Source: Eledone cirrhosa
Taxonomy: Eukaryota
Length of the DNA: 64,000 nt
Direction: 5' to 3'
Assembly: GCA_964016885.1 (NCBI GenBank)
Contig: OZ024757.1
Coordinates: forward strand, 25,606,001-25,670,000
Notes under the pieces: generated by a model
What the model was told of the DNA's origin: nothing
Database searches by the model: none
Seen by the model: only the letters and a program-made list of their open reading frames with translations
Position numbers and translations under genes: made by a program
Part shown: piece by piece, positions 58,130 to 64,000 of the stretch
How positions within the stretch are numbered: position 1 is the first letter of the stretch
How the letters are laid out: each line of letters starts with the position of its first letter

Positions 58130-59030
58130 TGGTTTCTGATTTAGGCAGAAGCCAGCAATTTTAGGAGAGGGGAAAGTCGATTAAATCGACCCCAGTGTAA
58201 TTACTGGTACTTTATTTTATCGACCCCGTAAGGATGAAAGGCAAAGTTAACCTCGGCGGGATTTGAACTCAGAACGGCAAGGGCCGTAACTCAATGCGTC
58301 AAAGCATGGTGTCCGACCCTCTACCGATACTGCCAATCCACCACCCTTGGTTTCTGATTTAGGCAGAAGGCCAGCAATTTTAGGAGAGGGGAAAGTCGAT
58401 TAAATCGACCCCAGTGTAATTACTGGTACTTTATTTTATCGACCCCATAAGGAAAGACAAAGCTAACCTTGGCAGGATTTGATCTCAGAACGTAAAGACA
58501 TTTTTTTATTGAAATTTAGACAACATCAACTAGATAGATATGTAGGTAGATACGTAAAGAGCCGTCACTCTATGCCGCTAAATAGGGTGTCCGATGCTCT
58601 ACCGATACGGCCAATTCGCTACCCTACAATAGTAATAATAATAATTGTTTCTACTTTTGGCACAAGGCCAGCAATTACCCAGTGTATTATTGGTACTTTA
58701 TTTTATCGACCCCGTAAGGATGAAAGGCAAAGTTAACCTCGGCAGGATTTAAACTCAGAATGGCAAGGGCCGTAACTCAATGCGTCAAAGCATGGTGTCC
58801 GACCCTCTACCGATACTGCCAATCCACCACCCTTGGTTTCTGATTTAGGCAGAAGGCCAGCAATTTTAGTGGAGGGGAAAGTCGATTAAATCGACCCCAG
58901 TGTGTTACTGGTACTTTATTTTATCGACCCCGTAAGGATGAAAGGTAAATTTAACCTTGGTGGGATTTGAACTCAGAAAGTAAAGAGCAGGAATAAATAT
59001 CACAAAGCAGTTTATCCGACGCTCTAACGA
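58130..59030 (-). mobile_element. Tandem run of four S1 SINE copies
   Basis: Repeated ggtttctgatttaggcagaaggccagcaatt...gtcgattaaatcgacccc...gatttgaactcag. Confidence 0.85.
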
Positions 59031-59711
59031 TTTTATTGGCCAACAGCTGTAACACCAGCAACAACAGCAGTAACAACAACAACAGTAACAACAACAGCAC
59101 TAACAACAACAACAATTTCAATGAAGTAAAAAAAAAAGTCGTGATTGAGAATTAATTAACAGATGCTAAAACATAATGGCGGTTTATTAGAGGTTTGTTG
59201 ATGTTGATGATGATGGGGGGGGGGGGATATTGGTGGTGGTGTATTAGAGGTGTGGTGGTGATGATGATGGTAGTGGTGGTGGGGATGATGCTGGTGGTGG
59301 TGGTGGTGTATTAGAGGTGTGGTGGTGATGATGATGGTGGTGGTGGTGGGGATGATGATGGTGGTGGTGGTGGTGTATTAGAGGTGTGGTGGTGATGATG
59401 ATGGTGGTGGTGGTGGTGGGGATGATGCTGGTGGTGGTGTATTAGAGGTGTGGTGGTGATGGTGTATTAGAGGTGTGGTGGGGATGATGCTGGTGGTGGT
59501 GGTGGTGTATTAGAGGTGTGGTGGTGATGATGATGGTGGTGGTGGTGGGGATGATGTTGGTGGTGGTGGTGGGGTATTAGAGGTGTGGTGGTGATGATGG
59601 TGGTGGTGGGGGTGATGGTGGTGGTGATGGTGTATTAGAGGTGTGGTGGTGGTGGTATTGTTGTTGTTGTTGATGATGGTAATGATGATGATGATGGCAT
59701 TATTACTGTTG

Positions 59712-60167
59712 AGGGCGGTGGATTGGCAGTATCGGTAGAGGGTCGGACGCCATGCTTTGACGCATAGAGTTACGCCCCTTGCCATTCTGAGTTCAAATCG
59801 CGCCGAGGTTAACTTTGCCTTTCATCCTTACGGGGTCGATAAAATAAAGTACCAGTAATGCACTGGGCACTGGGGTAATTGCTGGCCTTGTGCCAAAAGT
59901 AGAAACAATTATTACTGTTGTTATTATTGGTGATGATGATGATGATAGTGGTATTATTACTGTTGTTGTTATTGATGATGATGATGATGATGATGATGAT
60001 AGTTTTACTGTTGTTATTGATGATGATGATGATGATGATAGTTTTACTGTTGTTATTGATGATGATGATGATAGTTTTACTGTTGTTATTGATGATGATG
60101 ATGATGATGATAGTTTTAATGTTGTTATTGATGATAATGATGATGATGATAGTTTTACTGTTGTTAT

Positions 60168-60204
<37 letters not shown>

Positions 60205-60450
60205 AGTGTTACTGTTGTTGATGGTGTTACTCGATAGAGAGTCGAAAGAATCCAACAGGAAGAACGAAGACAGCAACATTTCCCAGAGAGTCGGACGCCA
60301 TGCTTTGACGCATACACTTACGTCCCTTTATGATCTGAGTTCAAATCCTGCCGAGGTTAACTTTGCCTTTCATCCTTACGGGGTCGATAAAATAAAGTAC
60401 CAGTAATGCACTGGTTAATTGCTGGCCTTGTGCCAAAAGTAGAAACAATT
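59712..60450 (+). mobile_element. Two S1 SINE copies separated by a (GAT)n compound repeat
   Basis: Copies at 59712-59907 and about 60288-60450. Confidence 0.8.
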
Positions 60451-60640
60451 ATTAACTGTGAAAAAGTCATCCTGAATATTGGTCAACTCCCAGAAACGAA
60501 TGAAACCCCAGAAATAAAAAGCAGAAAGAAATAAGAAAAAAAAAAAAAAAAACGAGGGACAGACAAGACACGACTTCTTCTGTCTTCTAACATAACAATT
60601 ATGTCAATGATGCAAGGAGAACACGTGACATACTTCTGTC

Positions 60641-61878
60641 TAAGAGGGTTGACTGAAAAGTTCATAGGCTGACCAAGATACTCTCATGAAATGACCAAAA
60701 TGAGGTTTATTTTTCAACATAGTCCCTGGAAAGAAACAATGTAGTCATTAATAAGAAGTGTTTAAATTAATGCATGTAAGATTTCACAGCTCTAGCATCA
60801 CTCCTTCGTAGGCTGACCAAGATTCTCTCATGGAATGACCAAATGAGGTTTATTTTTCAACTATAAGGAAGATTTGAAATTAATGCATGTAAGCTTTCAC
60901 TTTCACAGCTCAAGCATCAATCCTTCGTAGGCTGAGCTAGATACTCTCATGGAATGACCAAATGAGGTTTATTTTTCAACTATAAGGAAGATTTGAAATT
61001 AATGCATGTAAGCTTTCACTTTCACAGCTCAAGCATCAATCCTTCGTAGGCTGAGCTAGATACTCTCATGGAATGACCAAATGAGGTTTATTTTTCAACT
61101 ATAAGGAAGATTTGAAATTAATGCATGTAAGCTTTCACTTTCACAGCTCAAGCATCAATCCTTCGTAGGCTGAGCTAGATACTCTCATGGAATGACCAAA
61201 TGAGGTTTATTTTTCAACTATAAGGAAGATTTGAAATTAATGCATGTAAGCTTTCACTTTCACAGCTCAAGCATCAATCCTTCGTAGGCTGAGCTAGATA
61301 CTCTCATGGAATGACCAAATGAGGTTTATTTTTCAACTATAAGGAAGATTTGAAATTAATGCATGTAAGCTTTCACTTTCACAGCTCAAGCATCAATCCT
61401 TCGTAGGCTGAGCTAGATACTCTCATGGAATGACCAAATGAGGTTTATTTTTCAACTATAAGGAAGATTTGAAATTAATGCATGTAAGCTTTCACTTTCA
61501 CAGCTCAAGCATCAATCCTTCGTAGGCTGAGCTAGATACTCTCATGGAATGACCAAATGAGGTTTATTTTTCAACTATAAGGAAGATTTGAAATTAATGC
61601 ATGTAAGCTTTCACTTTCACAGCTCAAGCATCAATCCTTCGTAGGCTGAGCTAGATACTCTCATGGAATGGCCAAATGAGGTTTATTTTTTCAACACAGT
61701 CCCTGGAAAGAAACTATTCAGTTATTGATAAAAAGAGTTGACACCATGCATGCAATATTTCACAACTCTAGCATCACTCCTTCATAGGCTGACCAAGATA
61801 TTTTGAATGACCAAAGGAGGTTTATTTTTCAATATAGTCTCTGGAATGAAACAATTCAGTTATTAATAAGAAGAGTTG

Positions 61879-61882
<4 letters not shown>
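60641..61882. repeat. 119-bp tandem array (about 10 units) beginning with a mariner-like terminus
   Basis: Period is 119 bp, with near-identical core units at about 60830-61690. It starts ta-agagggttgactgaaaagttc...ttatttttcaacatagtccc. Confidence 0.9.
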
Positions 61883-61929
<47 letters not shown>

Positions 61930-62014
61930 TAAAATAACAGTCCTTATCGAGCCCTCTTTGTATTTTAGACTTCAAATTTATTATTATTACTATATATATA
62001 TATATAGTATATAT

Positions 62015-62358
<344 letters not shown>

Positions 62359-62575
62359 TTCGTTTCTGAATTTGTTTAGCAAGATTCTTTATCTGAAATC
62401 GTGTGTTGAAACCGATATTGTTATACTTTGGGAGGGTCATGTTGCCAATAAGAAACACACGCACCAGTTGCTTTCACTTCAATTTAATTTAATATATATT
62501 TATAAATTTACAAATTTATAAATTTCTGGTTGGTTGGTTGGTTCCACAACCAGATAGTTGTTTATATATATATAT

Positions 62576-62620
62576 AGTCATAGTTCTTTCGTCACACACT
62601 CTGTGACCTCTTCAGTGACT
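62576..62620 (-). ncRNA. Type I hammerhead at the 3' terminus of the PLE fragment
   Basis: Minus strand reads agtca-CTGAAGA-ggtcacagagtgtgtgac-GAAAG-aa-CTA-tgact, running directly into (TA)n. Confidence 0.85.
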
Positions 62621-62917
62621 GGGGATTTCTTTCTTCGTTTCTGTGCCTTTCCTTTCTTCTATCCTACGCCATTTTGTTTGTGTGTGGGTTGCGTGCTCAG
62701 TTTGCGCATGCGCCACATCCGGGTGTCTGTGTGTGTTTGTGTTCATTTTTCTATTTTTCTATTTATATTTGTTTGTTTATTTATTTATTTATTGTTGGTT
62801 GGTTGTTTGTTCTATGTGTGTGTGTGTTTTCATTTTGTCTTGTGTGTGTTTTCATTTTGTGTGTGTTTTCAATTGTAAGTTGTTTGTTCTATGTGTGTGT
62901 GTGTTTTCATTTTGTCC

Positions 62918-63437
62918 TTAATTGTAAGTTGTGATGTTGCTGTTCCACTCATATTTTCTATTTAATTTTGGTTTTAATTCTTTTATGCTTACTGCCTCTG
63001 TAATTTGCCTAAACATTGCGTCTTTCTTGTGTGTGGATTCTATTTTTATTTCTATGCTCTCTAATTTACCCCTGTGTTCTATCTTAGCATGTTGGTAGAG
63101 CACAGATGATTCTTTACTATCTTGGAGGTCTCGCCAGTGTTCATTTATTCGTTCCCCTATACTACGAGCTGTCTCACCTATGTACACTATATTTTTGTTT
63201 CTACATTGTCCTTCAGTACATCTTATGCTATATACTACATTTCTAGTTTTACAGTTAATATGGGGGCTTATTTTACAGGTTATACATTTCTTATCTATAC
63301 ATGAGGGTCTTTGGAACGGGTATGTCTTGCTAATAAGTGTTTTTACGGAGGTACCAGGTCTTTCTACTATCTTAATATTGAGATTATGTTTCTTTAGGGC
63401 CCTTCTAAATTTGTAGGCTAGTTCGCCTCTAGGGGTT
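62918..63437 (-). pseudogene. PLE C-terminal Cys-rich linker + GIY-YIG endonuclease (left arm)
   Basis: Mirror image of 63444-63963. Confidence 0.88.
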
Positions 63438-63443
63438 GTATTG

Positions 63444-63963
63444 AACCCCTAGAGGCGAACTAGCCTACAAATTTAGAAGGGCCCTAAAGAAACATAATCT
63501 CAATATTAAGATAGTAGAAAGACCTGGTACCTCCGTAAAAACACTTATTAGCAAGACATACCCGTTCCAAAGACCCTCATGTATAGATAAGAAATGTATA
63601 ACCTGTAAAATAAGCCCCCATATTAACTGTAAAACTAGAAATGTAGTATATAGCATAAGATGTACTGAAGGACAATGTAGAAACAAAAATATAGTGTACA
63701 TAGGTGAGACAGCTCGTAGTATAGGGGAACGAATAAATGAACACTGGCGAGACCTCCAAGATAGTAAAGAATCATCTGTGCTCTACCAACATGCTAAGAT
63801 AGAACACAGGGGTAAATTAGAGAGCATAGAAATAAAAATAGAATCCACACACAAGAAAGACGCAATGTTTAGGCAAATTACAGAGGCAGTAAGCATAAAA
63901 GAATTAAAACCAAAATTAAATAGAAAATATGAGTGGAACAGCAACATCACAACTTACAATTAA
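63444..63963 (+). pseudogene. PLE C-terminal Cys-rich linker + GIY-YIG endonuclease (right arm, 5'-truncated)
   Basis: Open frame TPRGELA...IKIVERPG...PF...CIDKKCITC...CKTRNVVYSIRC...C...VYIGETARSIGERINEH...RQITEAV..KELKPKLNRKYEW. Confidence 0.9.
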
Positions 63964-64000
63964 GGACAAAATGAAAACACACACACACATAGAACAAACA

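Overview
This is AT-rich eukaryotic DNA saturated with microsatellites, with no recognisable host gene. The SINE repertoire and (TA)n/(CA)n density suggest an invertebrate, probably an Octopus-like coleoid (inference). Nearly all long ORFs are artefacts of simple repeats or satellites. Real coding remnants are: a frameshifted Penelope-like element (PLE; RT plus GIY-YIG, 15755-19835), a foldback PLE GIY-YIG fragment (62576 to the window end), an RTE-type LINE 3' end with a 5' inversion, two REL-endonuclease LINE fragments and a mariner transposase fragment. The main signal is a dense population of short non-coding islands, mostly between (TA)n tracts. They carry type I hammerhead ribozyme (HHR) motifs: about 16 with all three stems readable by eye, plus several decayed or half copies, from about 10 sequence families. 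Many islands are foldbacks or palindromes. Two have about 545-nt terminal redundancy, as expected from reverse-transcribed circular RNA (retrozyme-like). The window also has 49-, 51- (two arrays), 24-, ~41-, 41- and 119-bp satellites, tRNA-derived SINEs and small MITEs. All folds and alignments were done by eye.
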